Origin: Hypanus sabinus
Lineage: Eukaryota
Assembly (NCBI RefSeq): GCF_030144855.1
Contig: NC_082726.1
Span: 36,394,001 to 36,458,000 of the forward strand
DNA: 64,000 nt
Direction: 5' to 3'
Below are positions 1 through 13,864 of the stretch, piece after piece. The notes beneath the pieces were generated by a model. It had not been told where the DNA came from and did not search any database. It was given only the letters and a program-made list of their open reading frames with translations. Within the stretch, counting starts at the first letter, position 1. The number at the start of each line of letters is the position of its first letter. The position numbers were made by a program, and so were the translations under genes.

Positions 1-235
1 TCCCATTTCTGATCAAGAGTCCATCTTATTTTACCTCATAATCTATCTTATGTTCTTGCACTTTTATCATTTGTCTGCACTACACTTTTTCAGCAGCTTT
101 CACATTTCATTCTGCATTGTTATTGCTTTGCTTTGTTACCTCAACAAATTGTTTAATTATTTGTGTGTATGAACAGTTTGCAAGGCAAGTTTTTCATTGT
201 ATCTCAGTATATATGACAATGATATACCTATACCA
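1..235 (+). mobile_element. 3' end of Rex1/Babar-like LINE (decayed)
   Basis: Clearly similar to the 3' UTR at 12590-12800 (acctcataatcta...ttgcac...ttctgcattgttattg...ttttcattgtatctcagta...gacaat), which follows a Rex1-type ORF end. Confidence 0.55.
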
Positions 236-399
236 CTCAGAAGAAGCACTTCAACTAGCAAGGCCACAGAAGGTACTCTAGGCGGGGAAACTTCAATGAC
301 ATCAACAAGAATGGTTCAAAAATGCCACCACTATTCCAACTGGCCTTGAAAGATGTAATGTCCAAGTTGGATCTGTGGCAGGAAGCAAGCAAAAGGTAA

Positions 400-2100
400 A
401 CCTAACAAACTTTGCCCAATCCAACCATTTCAGATGCATCTGTCCAAATTAACATTGGTAAGTTTGACCACCACACAGTCCTTGTTGATCCAGAAATCAC
501 ATTTTCACAACAAGGTTACCTCTCATTATACCTTGAAATTCACTTTTGAAACTGAGGCATTGAGGGAGCATAAGCAGCAAAAGAAATGATTTCCACCATA
601 ATCTGTAGCTTCATGGCCAGGCATATCCCTCTCTCCACCACTACCATCAAGCCTGAGGTTCACTGAGGAATGCAGAAGGGAATGCTGGGAACAATGTGAG
701 GCATAATTTTAAAATCTGGTACTAATCTGGCAAAGCTGTGCCATTAAACAGAGGAAACAGCATGAAATTGCCGAGTGATCCCACAGTCAATTAATCACAT
801 CAAACTTCTGCCACATCTAGTGACAAAGACAAGAGATTCTGCAGATACTGGAAATATTGAGTAATACACACAAAACACTGGATAAACTTCACAAATCAAG
901 CAGTACCTATGGAGGGGATTAAACAAACAACATTTCAGGCCCAGATTCTTCATAAGTCCTTATTTTATCCCCCTCCATAGGTATTGCCAACATTTAGTCA
1001 CAAACTGTGGTAAACAGTTAATGGAAAGAGATCAAGAAATCCACATCACTAAGCATCGAAGATAGCTGAAATGTTTGCAGTAAACATCAGCCAAAAATGC
1101 AGAGACAATGATCCATTTCAGTTCTTTTTGAGGCCTCCATCTTTATAGCAGCTATTCTTCAGCCAATTTGACTTACTCCATGTAACAGTAAGGAAATGCT
1201 TACAGCACTGGTTGCAGCAAAAAGGTTATGAGACTACACAACATTCTGGCTTCCAATCCAGAACTGGTACTGCTTCAAGCTAAGTTATTTGAGTACAGTT
1301 ACATATTGGTATGAACTTGACTGTGTAGAAGGTTGGAGAATAAGTCAAATCCAGCCCACGCCCTAATCATTCTACACATAGTGATAGTGCTATTAGGCAG
1401 CATTTACTGACAACTTGTATACTGATGCCCAGTTGAGTTTCCCTAGGTCCAGTCAGCACAAGACCTCATTAAATCTTTGTCCAAGCAAGGGTGAAGAGCT
1501 GAATTCCAGAGCTGAGGACATGAAACTGACATAACATGAAAGCAGCATTTGATTTAGTATGGCATCAGGGTGCTTTCATATAACTGAAGTTCATGAGCAA
1601 AGGGAAAACACTTTAATGGTTGGAGGACGATCCCATACAAAGCATAAAGGTGGTGGTTGTTGAAGGTCAATCATACCAGTCTTAGGATATCAATGGCAGC
1701 ATTGTTCAGAACAGTGTCCTAGTCCCAAATATCATCAACTGTCTCATCAATGTTTTTGAAGGGTAGGAATTATTGCTAACAATTGTCTAACATTCAATTC
1801 TACCTGCAAGCCACTAGAAAATGAAGTAGTTCATGCTTCCATGCAATAAGAATTACGCAACATTCAAGCATGTGCTTACAAATGGCAAATAATATTCCTG
1901 CAGCAAAAGTACCAGACAATAGCCAGCTTCTCCTGGGCAGTCCATCTACTCTGCATGTTCAGTGGCATTTCCACTGCCAAGTCTCACACCATCAATTGTC
2001 TTTGATGCTATTCCATCATCATTGCTGCGTCTAAATCCTGAAACTTGCTCCCTAACAGCATAGTAGAAATACCTTCAAAAGCACTGCCCAAATTCAAGAA
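400..2100 (+). mobile_element. Decayed CR1/L2-superfamily LINE ORF2 (RT) remnant
   Basis: Around 1540-1750 it translates to AAFDLVWHQG...VVVVEGQS...QNSVLVP, a degenerate KAFD and PQGSVLGP RT signature, with many stops. Boundaries are approximate. Confidence 0.6.
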
Positions 2101-2594
2101 ATCATTTCAAAAATAATAAAAAATACGTTTCTGTCCTGTAATGTTCTATGGTTCTAAACAAACATCCTTTTTTTTGGCTTCTGAGACATCTGCCTTTTTT
2201 CCCCTACACATTTTTGTAGAATGCTTCATTTTATATTGTGTTGGTTAGCGTGCATATTCTATTGTGTTTGTGATTTCTCTCTCCAGAGATTCTGCACAGC
2301 TATTTGCATGTAGTGTTATCAAAGCACCTAATGTTTTGATAACAAACTTCAGAGATAAAAGCCTGAGTTTTACAGTGCATTGTTCAAACAGTACATGCAA
2401 ACTTCAGTTAGCCTCCTAAACACATTATTGTAACCTTTGAAATTTGATTCTTAAAAGTGGACTCTAAAACTTTTGAGTACTTGAAAGTATATGACAAAAT
2501 AGAAAGTCAACACAGCTTCATTAAGAATCAATACAGTTTCGTTTAGAGGAAATCTTGCCTGAGAAATTTTGTCAAAACTGAGTAGGTAACAAGC

Positions 2595-3195
2595 AAATTA
2601 AACAAAGCAGAGTTGGTGGATGTAATTTGCTTGAATTTTCAGAAGGCCTTTGATAAGATGCCATACAGAAGGATGCTAAAAAAAAAGAACCCATATTGTT
2701 AGAAGCATTGTTCTAGCAAAGGACTGAAGATTGACTGACTGGCAGAAGTATAAGTAGGTCTTTTCCAGGATAGCTGTCAGTGACCATATGTCCATATGTC
2801 CCATGAATGGGAAGAAAATTCAGAAATCAGCAGTGAAAAGAGACTCGGAGTGCTAATTCAGGATTCAATAAAACTTGGAGGTTGAGTAGGTAATAATGAA
2901 GGAAAATGCAATATTAGCACTCATTTGAAAGGACATAGCTATTAAACTGAAATGAGAAATTTCTACAGCTAAAGGTGGTGAATCAGTGGAATTCATTTCT
3001 ATAGAGAACTGTGGAGGCCAAATCATTAGGTATCTATAGGGCAGAGATTGATAAGCTCTTAAATGGTAAGCGGGTTAAGGGTTAAAGGGAGAAGGAAGGA
3101 GAGTGAAGTACAGTACACGGTTCAACAGTAGAGCAGATTTAAAGGGCTGCAGTGCCTATATTTGTTCCTACATATTACGGTCTTATGCACACTAT
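2595..3195 (+). mobile_element. CR1 LINE fragments
   Basis: Translates to VDVICLNFQKAFDKMP at about 2616-2665, followed by CR1-like 3' sequence (gtggtgaatcagtggaattc...gcagagattgataag). Confidence 0.65.
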
Positions 3196-3654
3196 GTATG
3201 CAGTTTTATTTTTTTCTATTTTTGTTTTCACTTTGACTTTCAGCGAGTATTATTCAAAACCATAAAAATACCTACAACTAATCAATCCAATTTTCAAAAC
3301 TGTTCTTACACCAAAGAACAGCATTTCAATTAAAGTATGTCTTAGGATGTCTTAATAAATCATTGCCTTAATGTCTTTATAAATCATTGTCGAGATGTTC
3401 TCTTTTCTATCATTTTATACTACATCTTTAATGTTGCTTCTATGATGAACAAAATGCTTTTTTGTCCAAGTTTACTTCGACTTTCATTGTCGGACTGGGA
3501 ATTTCTTCCAGCTCTGCCCTGCTTTCCCACCATTGGTTGTCCGTATGCCTGTCATTGTGACATACCATTTATCTAAACCTATCACAAAGTGAACACATTG
3601 AACATTCAACCCGCCAATCCCTCACGTCCGAGTAAGCGTTCGAAGATCTTGCTA

Positions 3655-3768
3655 TAAAAAACAGGTTTTTCCCCCTTTTGTGGTCTGTTACGATTTGTGT
3701 TCATGTTGTTGTTAAAAAACAGGTTTTTCCCCCTTTTGTGGTCTGTTACGATTTGTGTTCATGTTGTT
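3655..3768. repeat. Perfect tandem duplication, 56-bp unit with 58-bp period
   Basis: taaaaaacaggtttttcccccttttgtggtctgttacgatttgtgttcatgttgtt occurs identically at 3655-3710 and 3713-3768. Confidence 0.95.
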
Positions 3769-4479
3769 TGGAACAATTTCATAGAATCCTCAGTAGGATT
3801 GTACGCACGATGTTTGCTGGGAACACCTAAAGTTTAGGGGCTAAATTCATAATGGATTACTTTTACTCATATCTGCACATAGCTTTTTTTTATAAAAAAA
3901 GATTACACTAAAAGCTCACCTACTCTATTGAGTGCTGAAGTAATGCAATTCTGAAGCAAAACTAAAAAACAATTTGTATTCACTTCAACAATTTCGTTCA
4001 GAGAATTTGAAAGCAAACCAATTAAACACTCAGCTGATCAGTGTTCCGAGAGTCGAGATTAAATCGCGATAAACCGTCGTAAGAATTCCAGCTTCCCGAA
4101 ACCCTAATTTGTTTTAATCGTCGTTAAAATACAAGAGTATCATAATATAGTAGTAAAATGTACACCCTTCACACGCTAGAGGAACTCAGCACCTCCATGG
4201 AGGAATAAACGTCGACCCTATTCCTTTCCATAGATGCTGCCTAATATGCTGAGCTCCCCCAGCCTGCATCTGATTTCTCCCCTGTAGAGAAGACCACATT
4301 GTAGTCATCAAATGAAGTACATCTGGTGCTCAAAATGCTTTTGCAGGCTGGGTGCATCTTGTGCGTGTTACAACATCTAGATTCTAAACATTTGAGGACT
4401 CTCTCGTGCTAACAAACGTACAATTCAGATTTAATTCCCAATCATTCGTTGACTCCGATTGCCAAATACTGATTAGCCA

Positions 4480-5120
4480 TTGCGATTAAAGAAAATATTA
4501 AATTGCGCGCCCGCGCTTCGGCTCCTCAGTCATTGACCGCGAGATGGCGCACGGTCCGTTCTGCAGCGAGACCAGGCTACGTGACTGGGGTAGCGTACAC
4601 AGGGACACGGGGGAGGAGGCTAAAAAAAACACTGCGACCAGGAGGGGGCAGGGAGAAGAGAAAGTGAGAGGCAGTTCAATGCAGTATCGCTTCAACATTA
4701 TTTCTGATAGAAAAAGCACAGCCTCAAAATATCCTCGGTTCAGAGATATCTCCTGTGCAGCAGCGTGGTCAAACAATCACGAGCAGTTTGCGCTACTCGC
4801 ATTGCAGCGAACTGGTTTCATTTTTTTTCCCACCCGTAATATAGTTATACCGCAAATGCATCCTAAATCTCTACGGTGGACTGAAGGGTCCCGACTTTTA
4901 TTCCCATTTTCCCAAGGTCGGAGTTTTAAATCTGTGAAATACGTAGATCAGCCTCAGTAACGCTCCCAATTCAGTGACAGCTCCTGAAGAAAGAACAAGC
5001 ACGTGCACTTAGTTCAATTCATTGTTGCAACTCGCAGCTACGACAGCAACAGGAACATCGCAGTTTCGCTGCGGCAAAACTAACCGAATTAGGCAGGTTT
5101 AAATCGCCGCTTGGGTTTTA
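4480..5120. promoter_or_regulatory. CpG-rich island core inside HIF1AN intron 1
   Basis: Dense CpG (e.g. ttgcgcgcccgcgcttcggc) in an otherwise CpG-depleted background. No recognisable repeat or coding exon. Confidence 0.6.
4534..4552 (+). promoter_or_regulatory. CTCF motif
   Basis: TGACCGCGAGATGGCGCAC is a close match to the CTCF core (CCRCNAGRKGGCRS). Confidence 0.6.
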
Positions 5121-5444
5121 CCCTACAAACTCCAATACACCCCATACATTCCCTTGCTTCATTATTGTTGAACCTACAACAGTCTGAGTTTTTTGTTTTC
5201 CGTAAAGTCCTTCAACCAGTATTTCCTACACAAATCGATCTCTCACCCCTCATAGTCTTGTACATATAGACATGTACATTTCCTGTCTACCTTATGGTCC
5301 TCGATGCACTCTCCAATTCTGGTCACTTGACCATCCATAAACGTGAGTTGTGTCAGCATTGGGAGCTTACTTTCAGCTCCCAATACACCAAAATTCCAAA
5401 ATAAAACCTCCAAATCACCCCCTTCAAGGTATTCTCTAAACTAT

Positions 5445-5765
5445 AAACACCAGAAAGTCTGCAGATGCTGGAAATCCAAATGAACACAGACAAAATGCTG
5501 GAGGAACTCAGCAGGTCAAGCAGCATCTATCAAAAAGTATAAACAGTCAACATTCTGGATTTAGACCCTTCTTCAGGACAGAGAAAGATGCCTGAATAAA
5601 AAGGTGAGGGAAAGAAGCTAGCTGGAAGGAGATAGGTGAAGCCAGGTGGGTGGGAAAGGTAAAAGGCTGGAAAAGGAATCTAGCAGGAGAGAGGACCATA
5701 GGAGAAAGGGAAGAAGGGGGCAAGGGGAAGTGACAGGTAGGTGAGAACAGGTAAAAGGCCAGAGT
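5445..5765 (-). mobile_element. Penelope-like element 3' end / pseudo-LTR
   Basis: Family-typical ctgcagatgctgg...caaaatgctggaggaactcagcagg...cagcatctat followed by a purine-rich tract. Same repeat terminates the Penelope RT remnant at 41400-42705. Confidence 0.7.
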
Positions 5766-8700
5766 AACTAACTGCTTTTGGTCACCTTCCCTAATAGTAT
5801 GATTTCAACCTTGTAAAATGACATGGAGGTGGGTTGGGGGGGGGGGGGTCACACTGGAGTCCATGCTGATTGGGGTCTGGTCTCACCTATTGGTGCTGCC
5901 CTCCATTCCTCACATCCTGGAAGACAACAACAACCCAAGCAACATCACTCGACAGCACATGACACACTGGACTTGGCTATATTATGTTTTTTTGCATGAC
6001 TGTATATTTACCGCTATCTTACAAGTGCTATATGTGTCGTGCTGTGTGTAACTGTTGGTACTATGTTTTGCACCTTGGCCCCAGAGTAATGCTATTATAT
6101 TTGGCTGTATTCATCAGTATTTATATATAGTTGAATAACAATTAAACTTGAACTTGAATGTTTGCTATGATAACAGTTCATTAAGTGTTGCTCTTTAATT
6201 CTGAGTTCCTTTACAAACAAAAGAAAAAGTCAACAGCACCAACCCCTCCCAAAGATATCTTAAGATATTTAAAACTGTTAAAAATATTTAACAGTTGAAG
6301 ATATTTTAAACTGTCAAAGCTGTTAGCCAAGCAGGCTAGGCCACACCCCAAAGACAGAGGAAGGCCTGGAATACCTCAAAAGCAGAAGAGGTGCAATGGC
6401 AAATTTTCAAAATCACTACAATAAAACAGGAAATACTGAAAAATACTCAGCATCTTATGAAAGGGCACTGTCCTGTTAATTGTTACTCTCTTCATTGATA
6501 TCTCAATTTGAGTGTTCCCAGTATCTGTTTCTAATTTGAGCAACATTTTGCTTTTGAGAAAAAAGAAAATCCTCTTACCTTTACTTTCCCCTCCTGTACT
6601 CACATATGCATCATTTAAAGGGATTCTCATCTCTATTACAACATGGGTACTAGAAAAAGATGGAAGCACTCTCAAGTGTTCTGGTTATTATAAAAACCTA
6701 TGAATCACCATCAGAAAAGACACACTAACTGTGAAGCTTAACTGGGGCAATTCTGATGTCGAGACTTTCCACATTACAAATGCGACTAAACATCAAATCA
6801 TTAACTTAGCTATAGGATGTTTGGTACACCTTGAGGTCCTGCCTCCTCCAACTTCCCACTACCAAATAAATATAATCAAATGATTATGGTTTATTTTGTT
6901 TGGGCTTTAATGTGCCTGCAGCATGATAAAAGGAAAAGGCAAACTGAAACTACAATCATGACACATACTGTATCTATATAGCTGCTCTATTAAAACTGTG
7001 CCATTTCCACTTTGTTCTCAACTGAACAGTTACCAGGGAAAGATCAAACTCTAAACAAATTGCACCCATGTTAATAATTCACAGATCTCAGGCACAAACT
7101 ATACTTCTTAGGCAGTCACTCAGGATTGTGGACGACTGTGGACACCAGCTCTGCACGGTCTGAGCAACAAACCCATGAGTCTGTAGAGGCCAAAGTGGGA
7201 CCTGCACATAGCTAGACTTAACTGAGGTGGTGAGTGGGTAAAATGGGAAGTGCTGCTCTCCTTCCACCATTTTCACTGGGCATCTTAAGTTCTCCCAAAG
7301 ATACTTGAGTTCTTATCATCCCAAACTTTCCTCTACTTTGTCTGGACATGGGGATTCAGACAGTTGGCCTTGCCAGAGAAAAACAAATGAATAATTAATT
7401 AAATAAATGATGCTCTACAAACAGTAGAATAGTTTTGGGTATGAGAAGATAAGTAATTCATTATAAAACATCTAGTCTTCTGACCTGCTCCTCAGTATTT
7501 ATAACAACATATCCAGATGAATTTCTGATCAATGTGACCTACAGTAGTGAGCAATTTGGCAAAAATAATGTTGGTGAACAGCAATGGTCAGATTCTCTCA
7601 TGTTGGGAGATAGTCACTGCCCGACATGTTTCAGGTGTAAATGTCACTTGCCACATCAGTCTAAATAATCTGAATCAGTGTAGATAACCTGAATGTTACG
7701 TAGGTTTTGAACCACAAAGGTGTTTAGTTTTAACAGTTGAGTAGATGCCAATAGAATTGGAATATTGTACAATTATCAGCATGTATCCACACCTCTGGCC
7801 ATACAATAAGTCATTGATGAAGCAGCTGAAGAAGCCTGTGTCTCCTCCACCGATGGGTGGGATGATTAAACAATTTTCATTTGTGCAAGGAAATTCCCAG
7901 CTCTTGCCCACTGAATTCTGTCTTACTCAGTCTCCTTAATTTCACTTTTGGCCACATGCTATCTCCATGTCAAAAACAACTATTTTCAGCCTATCACTGG
8001 ACCACGCCCTTTAGACCACAATGACTGTACTGACTACGATACCAAATAAATCCAATCCTATCCACTTGCATATGATAAATATCGCTCCATTCTCTTCAGG
8101 TTCTTGTGTCTGTCTAAATGCTTCAAACACTACTATCATGTCTGCTTCCTCCACCAATCCTACAAATGAATTCCAGGCACCTAAATAATCTCTGTAAAAA
8201 GAAAACTTGACCCTGCACATCTCAACAATTAACAAATTAAGTTAGAGATTGTTAAACGTGAATGATAAATGTATGACTGGGAAAGATTGAGGGCAAAATG
8301 TATGAGTATCAGAGAAAAAGTAATCTATTTAGGTTGTCAACAGAGAAAGGGGCAGGCAAATTTGCAGAACCTGTTTAAACTTTCTAATGAAGAAGATACA
8401 AGGTTATTCTCTCAGTCCAGAGCTCTGAGAGATGCTGGGATTCCAACTTCTTGGTTAAATCTATGATAGAGAGTTTGGAAATCAGGATGTAAATGTGATG
8501 AGGCCTGATGATGATAGGTTTGGTCTTCATAATGTTCAACTGTACAAGTAAGTAGCTCCTATAAACTGCACTACATCAATGCCAATGTCTTTGCTATCCG
8601 TGCATCCCATGATTAAAAACAAGGACCACTTTTGACAATTTTGAGCAACTCCGTGGGTTCTGATAATAGAGCACAAATAAAGGCACCAGTATTGTATGAA

Positions 8701-11700
8701 TGAGTGATGCAATCTGCATTACCCATCAAAATAATCAATCGAATGTCCAAATCCAAGGAACACCACCTGCCAAGAAATGTTGCAAACCAGTACAGTGTTT
8801 TGAGGAGAAAATTTATATAACTGAAGGTTCACAAACCAAACAGATAAAAGTTGGAGACTTGGACCCCCTGAGCTAAAAATATTACAGACAGGTGCTAAGC
8901 ATTTATAGGATAAACAGGAAGCTGTACACGTTTCAGAATCTCTGTAACTTGAGTACACACTGAATAAGGGGCAGATCCGGCTGCGCATTAATGATGTCCG
9001 GTAACAAAGTGATACTGGAATCAGATCTGTACCTTCTCATCTTCCACCCTTCCACTATCCAAGTCATGGATTGGATCAATTGTTTAATTTAGCATTAAGT
9101 TTTAACTTAGGCACTCATTAATAATGTAAAGCTTTGGCAGCAGAAGGAAGGTGAAAATGCTTAAATAAAACTGCTTAAATTTTTATTTAAATGCTTAAAT
9201 AAAATACAAATGCACATAAAACTGTTGAAGAAATTCCAACCATTCTTTTTCACGCAGGTTAATAAAATTTAATTTCAGAACTTGCTGTGGTAGAAGTAAA
9301 AATCTTAGGGGTTTTGCTCTTAAAGAATTCTTTGCAGAATAACACAACCAACAACATTCCACTAAATGGAATGGAATTGCCAACTAAATTTGAACCAATT
9401 ATTCAAGAAATTACAATAAACAGCCCACTTCATCAACTCTAATAATTGTTTGGATTCAAGGGTAAAAGTAAAGGAAACACTATTATGATAAACTGGCTGG
9501 TAATTTTTCTTCATTCTTGCTTGTGCCAAGTTTTAAAGATTAACGTGCTGGAAGCTCCAAGATACCTTGAGCACTGGCAACCTTAGTTACCAACTGTTTT
9601 GCTTAGCCATCCTCCCTAATCATTGGGGTAGACAGCCATAACACTTACACCAGCTTAGCTTATCGTAGAATAGTTCAGAACAAATTAAAAAGTATTATGT
9701 ACTTCGAGCATTTCCCTAACCTTAGCAGGATTCAGACCTTATCCGTACACCTGAAGTGTACTGCATTGATACTGTAATACAGGAAACAAGAGTCATGTTG
9801 CAAAGTAGGGTCCTTGAATTGCCATTAGATAATGACTGGATATATCTTCATGATATTAATTGAAGGATAAATATTGCACAGGATACTTGAAAATCTTCCC
9901 TACTCTTCTTAGAATAGAACCTTGTGATGGTTTCTATTAAAAAGCAAATTCAATTCAATATTTCTGAAAACAGATTTTGAAATCGCTAATGTCAACTCAG
10001 ACTATGGAACAAAATCTCTGGAGTGAGGCTTATACTCATAACATTCTGACTTGGAGCCAAGTATTTTACAATACAGCAAGGGCTGACAAGCTTGCAAACA
10101 TTTAGTGTCAAGGCCACTGGTACTCTTTCTGTGAAATACAAATTCCTAAAAGATCGCTGAAGATTCTGAAATCCCGTCATACAAACAAGTGCTAGATTGT
10201 AAATAGACAGAATTGTGGAATGCTATTTCAAAAATGTGGGGCAACATTCTAGAATTCAATGAAAATTAACTGTATTGATTTAACAGAAATTAATGACCTA
10301 TTTTTTGGAAGCCTGAGTTCATCATCATTGAACATATTGGTCAAAAACAGCACCTCAGAGCACAACACTCTCAATACTGCACCGAATATCTGGATAGAGT
10401 TTGAATCCACTTTTCTACTGATTCAGTGGCAAGAACAATACCAAAGAGTCAAAGATTAAGGAAATGGAGTTCGGGGAAAAGGAATAGAAAGAAGCTTCAA
10501 TTTGATGGTGATAAGGCAGTGTGTCAACTGCAGCTCTGTTGGCAGCAATATTGCCTTTGAAGTGCAAGGGAGAGGGTTCATGAGCCACTGACTCTAATGT
10601 AAGGCATTATATAAATCAAAATAAACTTTTTATTTTCTTTAATTGTAGTTACAAAAATTTGATTCTGAAGTCAGCATTAACCAAAATAGTGTTGAGTGAG
10701 AAAAATATGATGTGGGAATGACTGGGTGAGCAAGACATGGATCAAGCACACAATACTGATGTTGTCCTTTTTATTATTATCAGTTGTGAAATGGAGAGCA
10801 TGCCACCTGCTTTCCGATGAGTGGAACATTCCAGCTTTGCTGCCAAGATAGTTCAGAACAGAGGACAATTTTCCAAATGGTGACACACGTCATTAACTGG
10901 ATCAGTTTTAATATTCAGTAAAAAAAATAAAGTAAATCAGTAACAATTCAGTTATGAAGTGTTAGCACACCTTTATTTTACATTTCTAACCCTAAATGAC
11001 AATACTTTAATACATTAACACCATAGTTCAAGACCAGATCCCACTGATACCCTGTGCTTCGGTCTTGACTACATTCCTCTGGCTGGCTGCATGTTTTTAT
11101 ATCAATCTGCTTCTCAGCCTTCTTGCGCAAATAACTCATCAGTGCTACACGCATGCACTAATCAACTCTGTGCATTTTTGCAGCTAGACACATTTATATC
11201 TGTAGAGCAAAAAACAAAAATGTGTTCCTAACCTTAACTCTCAAATTATTTGTACTGATTTCGGTCTATTGCTGTTTCTCTCAGTCTTGTGGACTTTCTA
11301 CCTGATCCCTTTACACTTGATGTATCTAATTTCTCCAATGACCTTATTTCCCAAGTTCCTATTTTAAGATTAACATTGCTCATCACTAATTACATGTCTT
11401 CTCCAATATACTCTCCCATTTTCCTTGCTAAGTAATAGTCTACAGAGCAGCTGAAATGCCACAAAGTCTCAGATCTGGGTGTTCTTCATAGATAGTTATA
11501 AAACTATTCACAACGGGAAGGCTTCAGATCAGAACTCAGTCCTGCCCTCACACATAGAAAAATATTTCATGGGGGTGGGAGGGAGGGTGATGCAGAATCT
11601 ATGGAAATGACTGAACAGTTGACGTTTCAGGCTGAGACCCTTTTTCAGGGCTAAAGCCTGAACTTAGACTCATTTCCCTGGTAGGGAAGCAAGCTGGGGT

Positions 11701-12221
11701 GGTGGTAGAGAAATATTGTAGTCATTTTTTTTGGGTCAGTTTTCCTTCCCTATTTTTTCATTATTTGAATGAAACAAGACCACAGCTGCTTATTCAAGTG
11801 GTGGATAGCAACAGTAATATCCCAAGGGAATCACATGATCGTGATCAGAGGAGATGGAATTATCAGTGTTCTGATGAACCTACCTCATCATTATCAACAG
11901 AAAAGTGATTGGTAAATTTATTTGCTGATGTTCACGCGATCCTGGTGCACATAAAACAGCAATATTTCCAAAGTTAACATGTATCTAAAACTTAAGAGTT
12001 AAAAATTTGACACTGTTACAGATTAGGTGTATACATACATTGATTTAGTACCTTTTATGACCAGAAGAGTCAGTATTTTTTACATCCAATTTAGCACTTC
12101 TGCAGTAAATCAGAAACACAGATTCCGCCTTGTGTTTCTAACCTGAAACATTACCCCTGAGCTTCAAGTTCCTGGGCACTTGTCCACGTACACAAAGCCA
12201 AGAAAGCACACTAATATCATT

Positions 12222-12800
12222 ACTTTCTCAGGAAGGGAAAGAAATCTGGCAGGTCCTCACTGTGCGTCACCAACTGATAAGACTGCACCATAAAAAGCAT
12301 CCAATCTGTATATATTATGGTTTAGCAGGCCAACTGCTCTGCCCATGACCACAAGAAACTTCACAGCTCAGCACATCATGGAAACCACCAGCCTCCACTG
12401 CATGCATTCTTTACACTTCTCACTGCCTCAGTAAAACAGCAAGTATAATCAAAGACCCCATCCACCCCGGACATTGCATCTTTTCCCGCTCCCATTTGGC
12501 AGAAGATATAAAAACCTGAAAGCGCACACTACCAGACTCAAGGACTGCTGTAAGACTATTAAATGGTTCCCTAGTATGATAAGTTGGACTCTTGACCTCA
12601 CAATCTACCTCATTATGATCTTGCACCTTATTGTCTACCTGCACTGCATTTTGTAGCTGTTGTACTTTATTCTGCAATCCGTTATTGTTTTACCTTGTCC
12701 TACATCAATGAATTGTGTAATGAATTGATCTGTATGAACCATGCGCAAAACGAGCTTTTCACTGCACCTCAGCATAAGTGAAAATAATAAACTAATTCCA
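12222..12800 (+). mobile_element. Rex1/Babar-like LINE 3' portion
   Basis: ORF 12474-12656 contains LPFGRRYKNLKAHTTRLKD, resembling the LPSGRRYRS...RL ORF2 terminus of Rex1/Babar. Ends in aataataaactaattccaatt. Confidence 0.7.
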
Positions 12801-13198
12801 ATTTTCCGTAAATATTGGCTGAGCAGTTAAGAGCTTCCAGTATATTCTATGTGCATTTGATTTCCAGTATCTGCGGTGTTTTGGATCGTATATCTTGGCT
12901 ATATTCCTTATAGCAACGTTGAAACAGAAAGAGCTAGTTGGTGTCAGATTAATAACAAGGAGAGAACGGCTAAATAACTTTTTTTGGTGGAGTTAGGCTG
13001 AAGGGTAATTTTTTTCAACTCCACAACGGAGAACTCCTCCAGTTTAATTTTAAATAATCAAGACGAAGAACAGTGTCGTAGGTTTAACATTTCCAGTGCA
13101 ATACTTCCAGTCCATCCGTTCTCCCCCAATGGTGTTCACCTCAGCGCACCACAAACACACCCCCTACCTAGGAAGCCACCGTGTCGGGCACTTATCTA

Positions 13199-13773
<575 letters not shown>

Positions 13774-13864
13774 ATGGCGTTAAGCAGCAGTTGGATCCGG
13801 ACCCTTACTGGGGGTATAAGAAAGAGTCTGAAACCGGTTGGGAGCTGGAACTCCGCTCGAGCTG
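13774..13864 (+). CDS. NDUFB8: NADH:ubiquinone oxidoreductase subunit B8, exon 1 (mitochondrial transit peptide)
   Basis: MALSSSWIRTLTGGIRKSLKPVGSWNSARA is Arg/Ser-rich and acid-free. Donor G|GTGAGA is phase 1 and in frame with exon 2. Confidence 0.88.

Noticed and set aside
4544-4960. 138-aa ORF (and antisense 4498-4776) in the intronic CpG island
   Set aside because: No recognisable domain or splice support; stop-poor frames are expected in GC-rich DNA.
8280-9100. Non-repeat-looking stretch with fairly long open frames
   Set aside because: Translation gave no recognisable protein, only a faint and unverifiable resemblance to a decayed Tx1/L1 ORF2 on the minus strand. Needs blastx.
9840-13120. 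Ancient shark SINE-like remnants (about 9840-9990, 10330-10440, 12940-13120)
   Set aside because: Too decayed to bound or classify by eye.
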